A stretch of 64,000 nucleotides of DNA. Source: an uncultured Acidobacteriota bacterium. GTDB lineage: Bacteria > Acidobacteriota > Thermoanaerobaculia > Gp7-AA8. Positions within the stretch are counted from its first letter, which is position 1; each line of letters begins with the position of its first letter. Below, piece after piece: positions 24,189-34,443 of the stretch. The notes beneath the pieces are model-generated. The model searched no databases and was not told where the DNA came from. It saw only the letters and a program-made list of their open reading frames with translations. The DNA lies in the NCBI GenBank assembly GCA_963741955.1, contig CAVUKB010000007.1:1152001-1216000 (forward strand), given 5' to 3'. The translations under genes and the position numbers were made by a program.

Positions 24189-24236
24189 AGGTCGCTATCC
24201 CCCTCCGCAGCAGAGACGCCAGTGCGAATCTCGCAG
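24189..24236. repeat. Degenerate fragment of family A element
   Basis: aggtcgctatccccctccgcagcagagacg matches aggccgctatccgtctccgcagcagagatg in copy 2 at 26 of 30 positions. Confidence 0.55.
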
Positions 24237-24244
24237 GCGCCCGT

Positions 24245-25582
24245 TCACTCAGTGTCGAGCGCTCGTGAATCGACTCTTTCCCGTATGACGCCGAGCATCA
24301 TCGCGACGGCGACATAGCCGAGGAGCACCGCCACCGGAGCAGTGATCCGGCCCCAGGAGTTCTCCACGTGCCACGCGACGTCGGCGGGTGTGACCAGATA
24401 CGCGGCGAAGTAGAAGCAGAGCTGGAATGTGGCCGCTCCCAGAAGAAAGCGCTCCCGGCTGATCGTCTTCATCCCGGCAACCAGGAGTGCGGCGACCGCG
24501 GCGACCCAGAAGAGTGGCTGCTCGATCGGCGAGTGGAGCACGAGGGAAGCACGCACGCCGAGCTCTCCCGCACCCTGCGCCAGGCGTCGTAGCGCATGGC
24601 CGGCGAAGAGGTCTTCGTGAAGCCCGTGCGCGCGGCTCGCGACGAACCATACCGCAGGGAGCACGAAGCAGAGGGAGATCTCTCCCCATCGTCTTCGACT
24701 CGCTCGACCGGAAAGAAGCACTGATGCGCAGGCCGCGACGGCCATGGCAAAGCCTTCGTTCTTCGTCAGCGCACCGAGGCCCAGGAGCACCGCCCCGGCG
24801 ATCACGTCTCGCGAGCGGTCGAGCTTCAGACCGCGACGGACGAAGAGCAGACCGGGGAGGAACATCGCCAGGAGCGGGAGCTCGGCGACCCCGATCCAGG
24901 GTGACATCACCGGTCCGGCGAGGAGGAGCGTTCCGACCGCCGCCGTCGTTTCACTCCGCCATTCTTCGCTCAGTGCGTCCCGGACGATGAGGAGAATTGC
25001 CGCGGCGAACGCCACGTACAGAATTCCGAGCCACCGGTCGTTCCAGCCCCGGCCGACCAGTGCGATGAAGTCGAAGAGCAAGGGGAGGAGCGGTGGGTAG
25101 GCCGGATGGAAGTAGACGTGGATCGGTTCGGCGAGAAACGCGAAATCGATTCCTCTCGAGATCCAGAACTGCTGGCCCTTCAGCCCCCAGATCGCCCAGA
25201 AGTCCCAAGGCCATGGAGAGGCGAGCGTTGCGAACCGGGCATATCCGGCGACGAGGAGAAGGGTTGCGAGATCGATAGTGAGAGCTGCAATCCCGGCCGG
25301 CGAGGCTCCGGTCTCCATCGCCGTGTTGCCGTTCGCATGGGGGCCTCCTCGCAACACCAATGCGAAGGCGACGACGAAAAGCAACAGAGAGGCGATCGTG
25401 ACGCGTGGAACCGACCAGGCAACTCCGGCGAGTGAAAAAGAGAGCAGCACCAGAGAGACGACTCCACAACCGAACAGGAACGAGAGTCCGAGTGTGGTGC
25501 GCCACCGGCGGCGGCCGGTCAGAATGGCGAACGGAATCCCGAGGATCAGAATCTGGAGAATGGCGAGAAGCGTCGGAGTCAT
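24245..25582 (-). CDS. GT-C-like polytopic membrane protein (ArnT/PMT-like)
   Basis: WDFWAIWGLKG, HPAYPPLLP, TKNEG motifs; many TMs. Confidence 0.65.
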   Translation of the reverse strand: MTPTLLAILQILILGIPFAILTGRRRWRTTLGLSFLFGCGVVSLVLLSFSLAGVAWSVPRVTIASLLLFVVAFALVLRGGPHANGNTAMETGASPAGIAALTIDLATLLLVAGYARFATLASPWPWDFWAIWGLKGQQFWISRGIDFAFLAEPIHVYFHPAYPPLLPLLFDFIALVGRGWNDRWLGILYVAFAAAILLIVRDALSEEWRSETTAAVGTLLLAGPVMSPWIGVAELPLLAMFLPGLLFVRRGLKLDRSRDVIAGAVLLGLGALTKNEGFAMAVAACASVLLSGRASRRRWGEISLCFVLPAVWFVASRAHGLHEDLFAGHALRRLAQGAGELGVRASLVLHSPIEQPLFWVAAVAALLVAGMKTISRERFLLGAATFQLCFYFAAYLVTPADVAWHVENSWGRITAPVAVLLGYVAVAMMLGVIRERVDSRALDTE

Positions 25583-26052
25583 CGCGTCCTCCGGTAGATC
25601 GCTCCTTCGTCCGTGGTGCGGACGAGCCGGAATCCGGGGATGGTGGGCGTCTCGCGCCACGCCGCGACGTACTCGGCATGACGGAGTACTTCCGGAGTCC
25701 AGGAGTCCTGATCGTTCATCAGCGGGAGAACGCGCCGGTCACCGAGGAGATATGTCGCGCGGTAGTAGGCGTAGGAGTAGCCGTGGTGCCAGCTCTTCAT
25801 CGGGACGACGATGGCGATCGAATCACCGGGCGCAGTCGCTTCTTTCACTTGCCGCAGGAAACGCGGATAGCCCTGGGCAGTGAAATCGGGAATTCGCTGA
25901 AATCTCGCACCCATTTCGCGGCGATCCACGAAGAACGCCTGCACGTACGCGATCCGGAACCCGCCGATGAAGAGGAGGGCGAGCACCGTCACTGCCGCGC
26001 CGGTGCGGAGGTCGAGGAGTTTGCGTTGGCGCTCCGGCGACTCTCTGATCAC
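25579..26052 (-). CDS. Hypothetical membrane-anchored protein
   Basis: One N-terminal TM; ATGA overlap with downstream GT-C-like gene; GTG start 6 nt after TGcTACCTT. Confidence 0.6.
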   Translation of the reverse strand: MIRESPERQRKLLDLRTGAAVTVLALLFIGGFRIAYVQAFFVDRREMGARFQRIPDFTAQGYPRFLRQVKEATAPGDSIAIVVPMKSWHHGYSYAYYRATYLLGDRRVLPLMNDQDSWTPEVLRHAEYVAAWRETPTIPGFRLVRTTDEGAIYRRTR

Positions 26053-26102
26053 CCCGGGAAGGTAGCATGCCACGCTCGGCGGCGGTGACATAATGTCGCC
26101 CC

Positions 26103-27536
26103 ATGAGCGACGAAACACTCGATCCGAACACCACAGAATTCCGGGAGGCTGGTCATCGCCTCATCGACTGGATCGCCGACTATTTCGAACAGCGAGACGG
26201 GAAGTACCCGGTGCTGTCGAAAGTGCAGCCCGGAGAGGTGCTGTCGAAGTTCGGCACCTCACCTCACGACGAAGGGAAATCGTTCGATGCGCTGATCGGG
26301 GAGTTCGAGGAGAAGATTCTCCCGGGTATCACGCACTGGAACCATCCCGGCTTCTTCGCGTACTTCTCGATCACCGGCTCCCAGGCCGGAGTTCTCGGTG
26401 AGCTCCTCTCTTCCGCTCTGAACGTCAACGGGATGCTCTGGAAGACCTCTCCCGCCGTCACCGAGCTCGAGATCCTCGCACTCGACTGGCTGCGTCAGGC
26501 GCTCGGCCTCCCCGCGGGCCTCTTCGGAATCATCAACGACACCGCGTCGATCAATTCATTCCTCGCACTCGCTGCGGCGAGAGAGGCGACTGGATTTTCG
26601 ATCCGCAGCGAAGGAATGACCGGTCGGACGCTCCCGCAGATGCGCATCTACTGTTCCGACCAGGCTCACTCATCGATCGAGAAGGGTGCGCTCGCACTCG
26701 GGTTCGGCCAGCGCGGCGTGCGGAAGATCGAAACCGACTCAGAGTTCCGAATGAATCCGAATGCACTGCGGGTGGCGATTCAGGAGGATCGCGCAGCAGG
26801 CGTCATACCCGTGGCGGTTTCCATCACTCTCGGGACCACCTCCACTGCCGCCGTCGACCCGCTCGAGGAGATCGGTGAGCTCACCCGGCGTGAGGGGATC
26901 TGGCTGCACGTGGATGGCGCGTATGCAGGATCGGCGACGATCGTTCCCGAGTACCGCTGGATCTGGAAGGGCATCGACAACGCCGATTCGATCGTGGTGA
27001 ATCCGCACAAGTGGCTCTTCACCCCGATCGACTGCAGCGTCCTCTACACACGGAAGCCGGACATTCTCAAGGAAACGTTCTCTCTGGTCCCCGAATACCT
27101 GAAGACGGCCGAACAGGAAGTGGTCAACTACATGGACTACGGGCTGCAGCTCGGACGTCGTTTCCGGGCCTTGAAGCTCTGGATGGTGCTGGAGCACTAC
27201 GGTCTGGAGAGAATGCGGGAGACCATCCGCCGTCAGGTCGGATTCGCCGCGCGGCTGACCGTGGCTCTCGAACAAAGAGACGACGTCGAGCTGCTCGCTC
27301 CTCAAAACTTCAGCGTCGTGGTGTTCCGGAAGATCGTGCGCGGCCCGGACGGGCGGATCGACGAGGCGGCCTCGGAGGAGGCAAGCGTCGACCTCATGGA
27401 GCGGATCAATGCATCCGGTTCGATCTTCGTCTCCCACACCCGGCTGCACGAGAAATTCGCCATCCGCGTCGCGATCGGGAACGGTGCGACGGAGTGGAAG
27501 CACGTCGCAAGGCTTCTCACGTTCATCGAGGAGTAA
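26103..27536 (+). CDS. PLP-dependent group II decarboxylase (aromatic L-amino acid decarboxylase-like)
   Basis: PGITHWNHPGFFAYF, SPAVTELE, AHSSIEK, WLHVDGAYAG, NPHKW, GRRFRALKLW. Confidence 0.9.
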   Translation: MSDETLDPNTTEFREAGHRLIDWIADYFEQRDGKYPVLSKVQPGEVLSKFGTSPHDEGKSFDALIGEFEEKILPGITHWNHPGFFAYFSITGSQAGVLGELLSSALNVNGMLWKTSPAVTELEILALDWLRQALGLPAGLFGIINDTASINSFLALAAAREATGFSIRSEGMTGRTLPQMRIYCSDQAHSSIEKGALALGFGQRGVRKIETDSEFRMNPNALRVAIQEDRAAGVIPVAVSITLGTTSTAAVDPLEEIGELTRREGIWLHVDGAYAGSATIVPEYRWIWKGIDNADSIVVNPHKWLFTPIDCSVLYTRKPDILKETFSLVPEYLKTAEQEVVNYMDYGLQLGRRFRALKLWMVLEHYGLERMRETIRRQVGFAARLTVALEQRDDVELLAPQNFSVVVFRKIVRGPDGRIDEAASEEASVDLMERINASGSIFVSHTRLHEKFAIRVAIGNGATEWKHVARLLTFIEE

Positions 27537-27714
27537 GTTCTGGACGCCCCGCGCACGTTCGTCCCGTCGACGTTGTTGCAGAGCTGGCGGTGTCCGGCGA
27601 CGATTCGCACCGGCCGCGACGGGCCATGGCCGGCGTTTGGCAATCGTGAGACAGGCATGTACCATGCGCCGGTCGGCGGCAGGAGGCGCGCGGCCGGACA
27701 CTTCAGGAGCCCCC

Positions 27715-28278
27715 ATGACAGAGACCCGCGAGATCAGAGCCGGCGCGTTTTACGCACGCGCGATCGAGGCGGTGGATGACCTGCTGAGCCGTCTGCGCCT
27801 GTCGCATGCGTTCGTCGGGTCGGTGGCGGCTTCCGTCTGGGCCGGGCGTGAGGTGGAGAGCGGCTCGGTCGACGTCCTCGCCGTGACCAGTCCTGACCAG
27901 CAGGCGCAGATCCCGATGATGGCCTCGAACCATGGATTTCAGGTCGACGAAGCGAGGGTCGAGTCGGCTCGAGAGCTCGATCTCGTTCCTCTCGGGTTCC
28001 CTTCCCCTGAAGGAACGATCCGGGTGCACGTTCTTCTCGCAACGAACGCTCTGTATGCGAAGATGTTCGGACGGCTGGCCGATGCTTCGCTCGGCGACCG
28101 GACGGTCCAGGTCATCGGAGCAGAGGATTTCGCCCTCCTGCTGTCGATGGCCCAGGATCCGGAAAGCGCACGGCTCCGGGAGGAAGTTGCCCGGAACGGA
28201 GGAGAGGATTTCGACGTCGAGCGGTTCAACCGGACTCTCGAGACGATTGGAATCGGAGGGAAGGCGATTATTCGATGA
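27715..28278 (+). CDS. Nucleotidyltransferase-fold hypothetical protein
   Basis: FVGSVAA..W....E.GSVDVL resembles NTase GG.A...T.D.D motif; IGAEDF-type motif; ATGA overlap with rnd. Confidence 0.55.
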   Translation: MTETREIRAGAFYARAIEAVDDLLSRLRLSHAFVGSVAASVWAGREVESGSVDVLAVTSPDQQAQIPMMASNHGFQVDEARVESARELDLVPLGFPSPEGTIRVHVLLATNALYAKMFGRLADASLGDRTVQVIGAEDFALLLSMAQDPESARLREEVARNGGEDFDVERFNRTLETIGIGGKAIIR

Positions 28279-29414
28279 AGTGGGTCCGGAGCAGCCAGGA
28301 ACTGTCGAAGCTGACGCGGGAGATCTCCACCCTGCGTACCCTCGCGATCGATACCGAAGCAGACTCGCTCCACAGTTACTTCGACAAGGTCTGTCTGATC
28401 CAGCTGTCGGACGAGAAGGAAGATTACCTGATCGATCCGCTGGCGGACATCGACCTGCAGCCGTTCGGTGCGATCCTCTCCGACAAGGCGATCACGAAGA
28501 TCTTCCATGGAGCGGATTACGACCTGCGGATTCTCGACCGGGACTTCGGGATCGAAGTCCACAATCTGGTCGACACGATGATCTGCGCGCAACTCCTCGG
28601 TTACGAAGCGTTCGGTCTGGCTGCTCTCCTGAAACGGCACTTCGATCTGGAGGTCGACAAATCACATCAGCGTGCCGACTGGTCGATGCGCCCGATCACT
28701 CCGGAGATGGCACGGTACGCCGCCATGGATACGCATTACCTGATCCGGCTCGCGGTCATCCTTCGGGACGAGCTCCGCGCACTCGGCCGCTGGGAATGGG
28801 CCGAGGAGGAGTTTCTCAGGCTGGAGGCGATCCGGTTCCACGAAGACGAGGATCAGGAGCGGTTCCGTAAGATCAAGGGAGCTGCAAAGCTCGACCGCCG
28901 CAGTCTCGCTCTCCTGGCGAAGCTCTACCAGTGGCGCGACGGACGAGCCAGACGAGCGGACAAGCCTCCGTTCCGCATTCTGGGGAACGAAGCGATGATC
29001 GAGATCGCCAGGACGTTTCCGGAGGAAACGCGCGAGCTTCTGAAGATCAAGGGAGTGTCGTCGTATCACCTCTCGCACTTCGCGGACGAGATCCTCGGCG
29101 CGGTGCGGGACGCACGCCAGTTGGACGAATCCGAGCTTCCGGAGAAGATCGATCCCCGGCCCTGGAGACGCGACAACGCGCTCGAGCGGCGGATCGACCG
29201 GCTCAAGCGGGTGAGGAACGAGGTGGCGGCCTCGCTGAAGATCGAGCCGTCCGTCGTCGCCCCGCGCCATCTTCTCGCCGCGGTCGCCGAGATGCGGCCT
29301 TCTTCGCCCGAAGAGCTCGACCAGATCCCCGCGATGAGGCGGTGGCAGCGCGATGTGCTCGGCGAGAAGCTCGTTGCTGCGCTCGCACTGGAAACCTCCC
29401 CGCAGGATCAATAG
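28275..29414 (+). CDS. rnd: Ribonuclease D (DEDD exonuclease plus HRDC)
   Basis: AIDTEADS, CLIQLS, IFHGADYD, DTMI, DWSMRP, YAAMD; HRDC WRD..A...DKPPFRIL. Confidence 0.92.
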   Translation: MKWVRSSQELSKLTREISTLRTLAIDTEADSLHSYFDKVCLIQLSDEKEDYLIDPLADIDLQPFGAILSDKAITKIFHGADYDLRILDRDFGIEVHNLVDTMICAQLLGYEAFGLAALLKRHFDLEVDKSHQRADWSMRPITPEMARYAAMDTHYLIRLAVILRDELRALGRWEWAEEEFLRLEAIRFHEDEDQERFRKIKGAAKLDRRSLALLAKLYQWRDGRARRADKPPFRILGNEAMIEIARTFPEETRELLKIKGVSSYHLSHFADEILGAVRDARQLDESELPEKIDPRPWRRDNALERRIDRLKRVRNEVAASLKIEPSVVAPRHLLAAVAEMRPSSPEELDQIPAMRRWQRDVLGEKLVAALALETSPQDQ

Positions 29415-29423
29415 AATCCCCCA

Positions 29424-29460
29424 GGAGTCTGCGCGGTAGAAATGTCCATCGCGCAGACTT
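29424..29460. repeat. Internally deleted remnant of family B element
   Basis: GGAGTCTGCGCGGTAGAAATGTCC joined to CGCGCAGACT; both ends match the element at 61098-61258. Confidence 0.65.
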
Positions 29461-29550
29461 GCAGGGATCGGGAGGGAGTCTCTCCTCCGTCAGCCGCGAC
29501 GATCCCGCGCGCGGCAACCCGGTCCGTTCCGTTCAGAAGGGAGTACTCGA

Positions 29551-30534
29551 ATGCAACTCGTCGATCAGTACAGAGTGGTCGTGATCGGGTCAGGACCGGC
29601 CGGCTGCACCGCCGCGCTCTACCTCGCGCGCGCAAACCTCAAGCCCGTCGTCCTCGAAGGCCTCCAGCCGGGAGGGCAGCTCACCATCACGACCGAAGTA
29701 GAGAACTACCCGGGATTTCCGGAAGGGATCATGGGTCCCGAACTGATGGATCTGATGCGAAAACAGGCCGAGCGGTTCGGGGCCGATTTCGTGATGGAGA
29801 ACGTCGTCAGCGTCGATCTTACCCAGCACCCCTTCAAAGTGGTCACGGACGACAAGACCTATCAGTGCTTTTCGCTCATCGTCGCGTCGGGTGCCTCCGC
29901 CAAACAGATCGGACTTCAATCCGAGAAGGAGCTCCAGGGATTCGGCGTCTCGTACTGCGCGACGTGCGACGGATTCTTCTTCAAGGGGAAGGAGATCGTG
30001 GTGGTCGGCGGCGGCGATTCCGCGATGGAAGAAGCGACGTTCCTGACCAGATTCGCCTCCAAGGTGACCATCGTTCACCGGCGTGAGGAACTGCGCGCTT
30101 CGAAGATCATGCAGGAGCGCGCACGCAGCAATCCGAAGATCGAGTTCCTCCTCGGCTACGAAGTGGAGGAGGTCGTCGGGAGCAAGGAAGGGGGAGTGAG
30201 TGCCCTGAAGCTGAAGCACTCCAGGACCGCAGAAGTTTCGGAGCTCGCGACCCAGGGACTCTTCGTGGCGATCGGACACACCCCCAACACCGCCGCGTAC
30301 AAGGGCCAGCTCGAGCTGGACGAGCGCGGATACATCGTCACCAAACCGAACAGTACACACACGAACATTCAGGGAGTCTTCGCCGCCGGAGACGTGGCCG
30401 ACCACGTCTACCGTCAGGCGGTGACGGCCGCCGGGACGGGCTGCATGGCTTCCCTCGACTGCGAGCGATGGCTCACGCACGAGAGGATCACCGAGCGGTG
30501 GGACCTGGAGAAAGGTGAAGAGGAACGAGTGTGA
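29551..30534 (+). CDS. trxB: Thioredoxin-disulfide reductase
   Basis: [57 protein letters not shown]. Confidence 0.96.
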   Translation: MQLVDQYRVVVIGSGPAGCTAALYLARANLKPVVLEGLQPGGQLTITTEVENYPGFPEGIMGPELMDLMRKQAERFGADFVMENVVSVDLTQHPFKVVTDDKTYQCFSLIVASGASAKQIGLQSEKELQGFGVSYCATCDGFFFKGKEIVVVGGGDSAMEEATFLTRFASKVTIVHRREELRASKIMQERARSNPKIEFLLGYEVEEVVGSKEGGVSALKLKHSRTAEVSELATQGLFVAIGHTPNTAAYKGQLELDERGYIVTKPNSTHTNIQGVFAAGDVADHVYRQAVTAAGTGCMASLDCERWLTHERITERWDLEKGEEERV

Positions 30535-32348
30535 TTCAGACACCAGGAAAAGGAGAGCGGTTGCTCATCCTCGGTGGTGGTGGCATGGTCGGACGGCAGG
30601 TCGCCCGCGAGGCGGCGCGCGAGATCGGTCCGTCCGAAGTCATCATCTCCGCACTGACCCGAGAGGAAGTCGAGAGCGCCGTCGACGATCTCCGCCGCGA
30701 GGCAGAGGCCGCCGGATGGCAGACGAAATTCACCGCCGCGTGGGGAGACATCTTTCTTCCGCGAGCTTTGCAGAACCAGCCCCGCTCCGCGCTGGTGAGA
30801 GAGAGGGCGCTGTTCGACCTCCTGTTCGACGAGATCTTTTCGTCGGATCAGCAGGCGTACAAGGATTCCGAGCTCTATCACCTGGTCGAAGAGCACAAGC
30901 CCGACCTGATTGTCGACTGCATCAACACCGCGACCGCGATCAGCTATCAGGACGTCTACACCACTTCGAAAAAGGTGAAGCTTCTCCTCGACCGGCTGGA
31001 AGACGAGAAGGGGATCGCCCCCGGCAGCCTGCAGGACTTCGTGGAATCGATCCGCGAGCTCCTCATCGCGCAGGGGATCCCGCAGATCACCCGGCACATC
31101 ATGTTTCTCTCCCAGACCCTCAGGGACACCGCCGTGCGCCTGTATGTGAAGGTCGGCACGACCGGAACGGGAGGAATGGGAATCAACATCCCTTACACCC
31201 ACAGTGAAGACCGTCCGTCGGCGACGCTCCTGTCGAAGTCGGCGATCGGGTTCGCGCATACCGGACTTCTCTTCCTTCTCGCCCGCACCCCCGGCGCGGT
31301 GAGTCCGTCCGGCGACGAGCTCCACGCTCCGATCGTGAAGGAAGTCAAACCGGGAGCGATGATCGGATTCAAGCAGCTCGGCGTGACCCACGTACGCCTC
31401 TCCGGCGCGACCGGACGGCGAGAGCCGGGGTATCTGCTCGAGCCGCATTGCAGCAAACTCGATGGGGCGGTCCAGCCGCGCGAGAGTTTCGACGATTACG
31501 AGCGGTTCGGCGGTAAAGACGTGCCGGTCCGTCTGGTCGGTGCGGACACGGGGGAGAACGGGTTCTTCTCGATCGGCGAGTTTCAGGCCATCACGTATCC
31601 ACTCCAGATGGAGTTCGTCACCCCGGAAGAGGTCGCGCGCACGGTGGTGCTGGAGATGCTCGGTGCGTCGACCGGACGTGACGTCCTCGCGGCCATCGAC
31701 GGAGCGATCACCGAACCGAGCTACCGGGCGGGCATTCTGCGTGACCACGCATGCCGTCAGCTCGACCGGCTCGACAAGGCGATCCGCAGCGAAGACGAGG
31801 ACGTCCTCCCGTCGATCGCCGTCGGGCACCTCGGGCCGCCTCGTCTTTCCAAGCTTCTGATCGAGGCATACCTGATCCGGGCGGCGGCGAAGACTTCGAG
31901 TTTCGACGATCTGCTGGAGCTCGATGCGGAGACGGTGCGCACGAAGGTCGAGGAGTTCCTCGCGGCGAATCCGAGAGTCACCAGCATGATCGCGACGATC
32001 GGCATTCCGATTCTTCGGCAGAATGGAGAGGGGACGCTGCTGACCCGAGGGCCACGACTGAACATCCCCGTTCCGGCGCCGGATGGGAAGCCGATTCCGG
32101 TCGACGACGCGGTGCTGGAGCGTTTCGCCTCACTCGGCTGGCTCGACCTCCGCACGAAGAACTTCGAAGCGTGGCGGGAGCGGATGCAGCGGATGGTGAC
32201 GTCGCACGCGGACATCGTGAAGCTCGGCTCCGCCGCGTTCGACAAGACGAAGTATCTTCCGCAGGACTTCATCCCCGGTGATGCGGTCGGCTGGCTGTTC
32301 AACAGCGAGGCCGACGATCTCGGGATGGTCGGCCACCGCCTCTTCTGA
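30531..32348 (+). CDS. Uncharacterised Rossmann-fold (SDR-like) protein, 605 aa
   Basis: N-terminal [10 protein letters not shown] dinucleotide-binding loop; [33 protein letters not shown]; GTGA overlap with trxB. Confidence 0.65.
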   Translation: MIQTPGKGERLLILGGGGMVGRQVAREAAREIGPSEVIISALTREEVESAVDDLRREAEAAGWQTKFTAAWGDIFLPRALQNQPRSALVRERALFDLLFDEIFSSDQQAYKDSELYHLVEEHKPDLIVDCINTATAISYQDVYTTSKKVKLLLDRLEDEKGIAPGSLQDFVESIRELLIAQGIPQITRHIMFLSQTLRDTAVRLYVKVGTTGTGGMGINIPYTHSEDRPSATLLSKSAIGFAHTGLLFLLARTPGAVSPSGDELHAPIVKEVKPGAMIGFKQLGVTHVRLSGATGRREPGYLLEPHCSKLDGAVQPRESFDDYERFGGKDVPVRLVGADTGENGFFSIGEFQAITYPLQMEFVTPEEVARTVVLEMLGASTGRDVLAAIDGAITEPSYRAGILRDHACRQLDRLDKAIRSEDEDVLPSIAVGHLGPPRLSKLLIEAYLIRAAAKTSSFDDLLELDAETVRTKVEEFLAANPRVTSMIATIGIPILRQNGEGTLLTRGPRLNIPVPAPDGKPIPVDDAVLERFASLGWLDLRTKNFEAWRERMQRMVTSHADIVKLGSAAFDKTKYLPQDFIPGDAVGWLFNSEADDLGMVGHRLF

Positions 32349-32366
32349 CGCCGCATGTGGCCCCTT

Positions 32367-32476
32367 GGACGGCACGGCTCCCGCCGTGCCGTCCGTCGCG
32401 GAATCCCGGCGATTGTCGAGCTGGCGATGCACTCCGCTCCGGCCACTGGGACGGCTCGGCTTCCGCCGTGCCGGCC
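32367..32476. repeat. Pair of REP-like GC hairpins
   Basis: GGACGGCACGGC-tccc-GCCGTGCCGTCC (32367-32394) and GGACGGCTCGGC-ttcc-GCCGTGCCGGCC (32449-32476). Confidence 0.65.
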
Positions 32477-32568
32477 GGGGCGAAGCCGCGGCGTCTCATG
32501 TGACTTCGCCGGACGTCAGTCACATCGCGCGAATCTTGCACCTCCCCACGGCCGGAGGTCGGAGAGCG

Positions 32569-32952
32569 ATGACGCAATCACCGGGGCACAGGAAATGGCC
32601 GGATCATCAGGTCCGCGAGGTTCCGCTTCAGGAACGGGTGCAGGCCGCCATCGGCGGAGAGATCGTCGCGGATTCCACCGGGGTGATCCGGGTGGACGAA
32701 GACGGAAATCCTCCGCGCTACTACTTTCCCCGTTCGGACGTGCAGATGGAGAAGTTCGAGCGGAGCGCGACCGAGACGACGTGTCCGTTCAAGGGAACCG
32801 GTCACTACTTCACGTTCGCATCGGACGGACATCGAGTCGAGGACGTTGCCTGGAGCTATGAAGAACCGTACGACGAGCATCAGGCGCTGAAGGATCGGAT
32901 CGCGTTCTACGAGGGTGAGAAGCCGGAAGTCGCCATCAGTCGTCCGGATTGA
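32569..32952 (+). CDS. DUF427 family protein
   Basis: PPRYYFPRSDV, TTCPFKG, AWSYEEP, IAFY. Confidence 0.88.
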   Translation: MTQSPGHRKWPDHQVREVPLQERVQAAIGGEIVADSTGVIRVDEDGNPPRYYFPRSDVQMEKFERSATETTCPFKGTGHYFTFASDGHRVEDVAWSYEEPYDEHQALKDRIAFYEGEKPEVAISRPD

Positions 32953-33030
32953 CGTCTGGAGCGGTCCTGCGGTCCGCACGGCGAGCTCGCGAGGCATCGG
33001 GATCGGGGTGGGCAGGGACAGCCGCGGCCG

Positions 33031-33065
33031 AAAACAAAGCGACCCGCCTCGCGGCGGGCCGTTTC
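33031..33065 (-). terminator. Intrinsic terminator of M23 peptidase gene
   Basis: cccgcc-tcgc-ggcggg hairpin with A-tract on the left (U-tract on minus strand). Confidence 0.6.
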
Positions 33066-33088
33066 GTCGTGAGAGCGCTCGAGTGTGA

Positions 33089-33967
33089 TCAGAACGCGTT
33101 GAGAATGTACTCGAGAGGATTGACCGGGTTGTTGTTCACCCTTACCTCGTAATGGAGGTGTGGCCCCGTGCTGCGGCCGGTGGAGCCGACGTAGCCGATG
33201 ATGTCACCACGCTTGATGTGGTCCCCGGGCTTGACCGCGTACGCCGAGAGATGGCCATAGCGGGTGGAGTAGCCGAAGCCGTGGGAGATGTAGATCACGT
33301 TGCCGTATCCGTTCGCCCATGATGCCTTGACCACCACTCCGTCCGCCGGGGCGCGCACCGGCTGGCCGATGGCCGAGGAGATATCGACGGCGTTGTGGGT
33401 TCCGGGCTCCCCGGTGAAGGGATCGGATCGGCCGCCGAATCCGTCGGTGAGGATTCCGTGCACCGGAGCGATGGAAGGCGTGCAGGACAGAAGGTGTGAG
33501 CGTCGTACGAATTTCGCTTCGAGTGTCGTCAGATCCTGTGCGATGCGCTTCGACTTCCAGGTCATCTTGTCGACTTCGTCGCGATACTGACCGCCGGGGA
33601 GTGCGTCCTCCTGGCTGATACCGCCGACGCCGCCCTGACTTCCTGCATCCAGCGTCGTCACTCCAGCGATGATCGCCAGTTTTCTCGTCTTGTCTTCAAC
33701 ACTCTTGAGCTGGGTGCGCAAGGTTTCGACGGACCTGCTGAACTGTTCATTCGCCTGTTGGAGCTCTTTGTTCTCTCTCTGCAGCTTCGCGAGCTCGTGT
33801 GTTTGCGAGATCGAGGTGAAATATTGAAGAGAGAAAAATGTAGAGAGGCAAAGGGAAGAGGCAACCAGGGAGACGGCGGAGAAAAGAGCCCGGTGCGACA
33901 AACGCAGTTTCCGGAACTTGGCCCGCGCGTGAGGCACGAAAATAATCGTTGAGTAGCGCTTGTCCAT
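33089..33967 (-). CDS. M23 family metallopeptidase with N-terminal TM and coiled coil
   Basis: HNAVD, GYGN, TRYGHL, GSTGRSTGPHLHYEV. Confidence 0.93.
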   Translation of the reverse strand: MDKRYSTIIFVPHARAKFRKLRLSHRALFSAVSLVASSLCLSTFFSLQYFTSISQTHELAKLQRENKELQQANEQFSRSVETLRTQLKSVEDKTRKLAIIAGVTTLDAGSQGGVGGISQEDALPGGQYRDEVDKMTWKSKRIAQDLTTLEAKFVRRSHLLSCTPSIAPVHGILTDGFGGRSDPFTGEPGTHNAVDISSAIGQPVRAPADGVVVKASWANGYGNVIYISHGFGYSTRYGHLSAYAVKPGDHIKRGDIIGYVGSTGRSTGPHLHYEVRVNNNPVNPLEYILNAF

Positions 33968-34017
33968 GACTTCTCCGGAGTTAACTTTCGATAGGGGCCG
34001 ACGGGAAACCGGCGCTT

Positions 34018-34046
34018 ATTCTTACGGAAAGTCGAATGGGTGTCAA
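34018..34046 (-). promoter_or_regulatory. Sigma70 promoter of M23 gene
   Basis: TTGACA-17 nt-AAGAAT on minus strand, ~50 nt upstream of ATG. Confidence 0.6.
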
Positions 34047-34443
34047 CGGAGTCATCCTCGAAATGGGGGATGCGCAAGCCGCTGATATGAGAGAAATTGC
34101 CCGAAGAAATGCTGTTTCTCCCTCTTTGTTGAGCCCGATTCGAAAAAATCGATCAGAAATTCAATTTTTTTATGCTGTAGCAGCATATCGGGGATGTCCC
34201 TGGTCCTCAGCGAAAATCTTTCCGTCGCAACGCTGCCACGACGCTCCCGTCTTGGTCCGCGGGCCGGCGGCGTCACGAAACCCGAAACTCCGATCTCCTT
34301 CATGCGCGGGAGCGCATTTCTTCCTTGGCCCGACGCGGCTGCACACATAGAATAGCGGCCGGCCCGCGGCGCGCTGTGCGCCGATCCCTCTTGGGCCGCC
34401 GGGGCATTGAGCCCGGGCATCACAACCAAACGGAGACAGGACA

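Noticed and set aside
33968-34020. c-di-GMP or other riboswitch in the M23 leader
   Set aside because: Only a short hairpin is present, with no conserved aptamer motifs on the coding strand.
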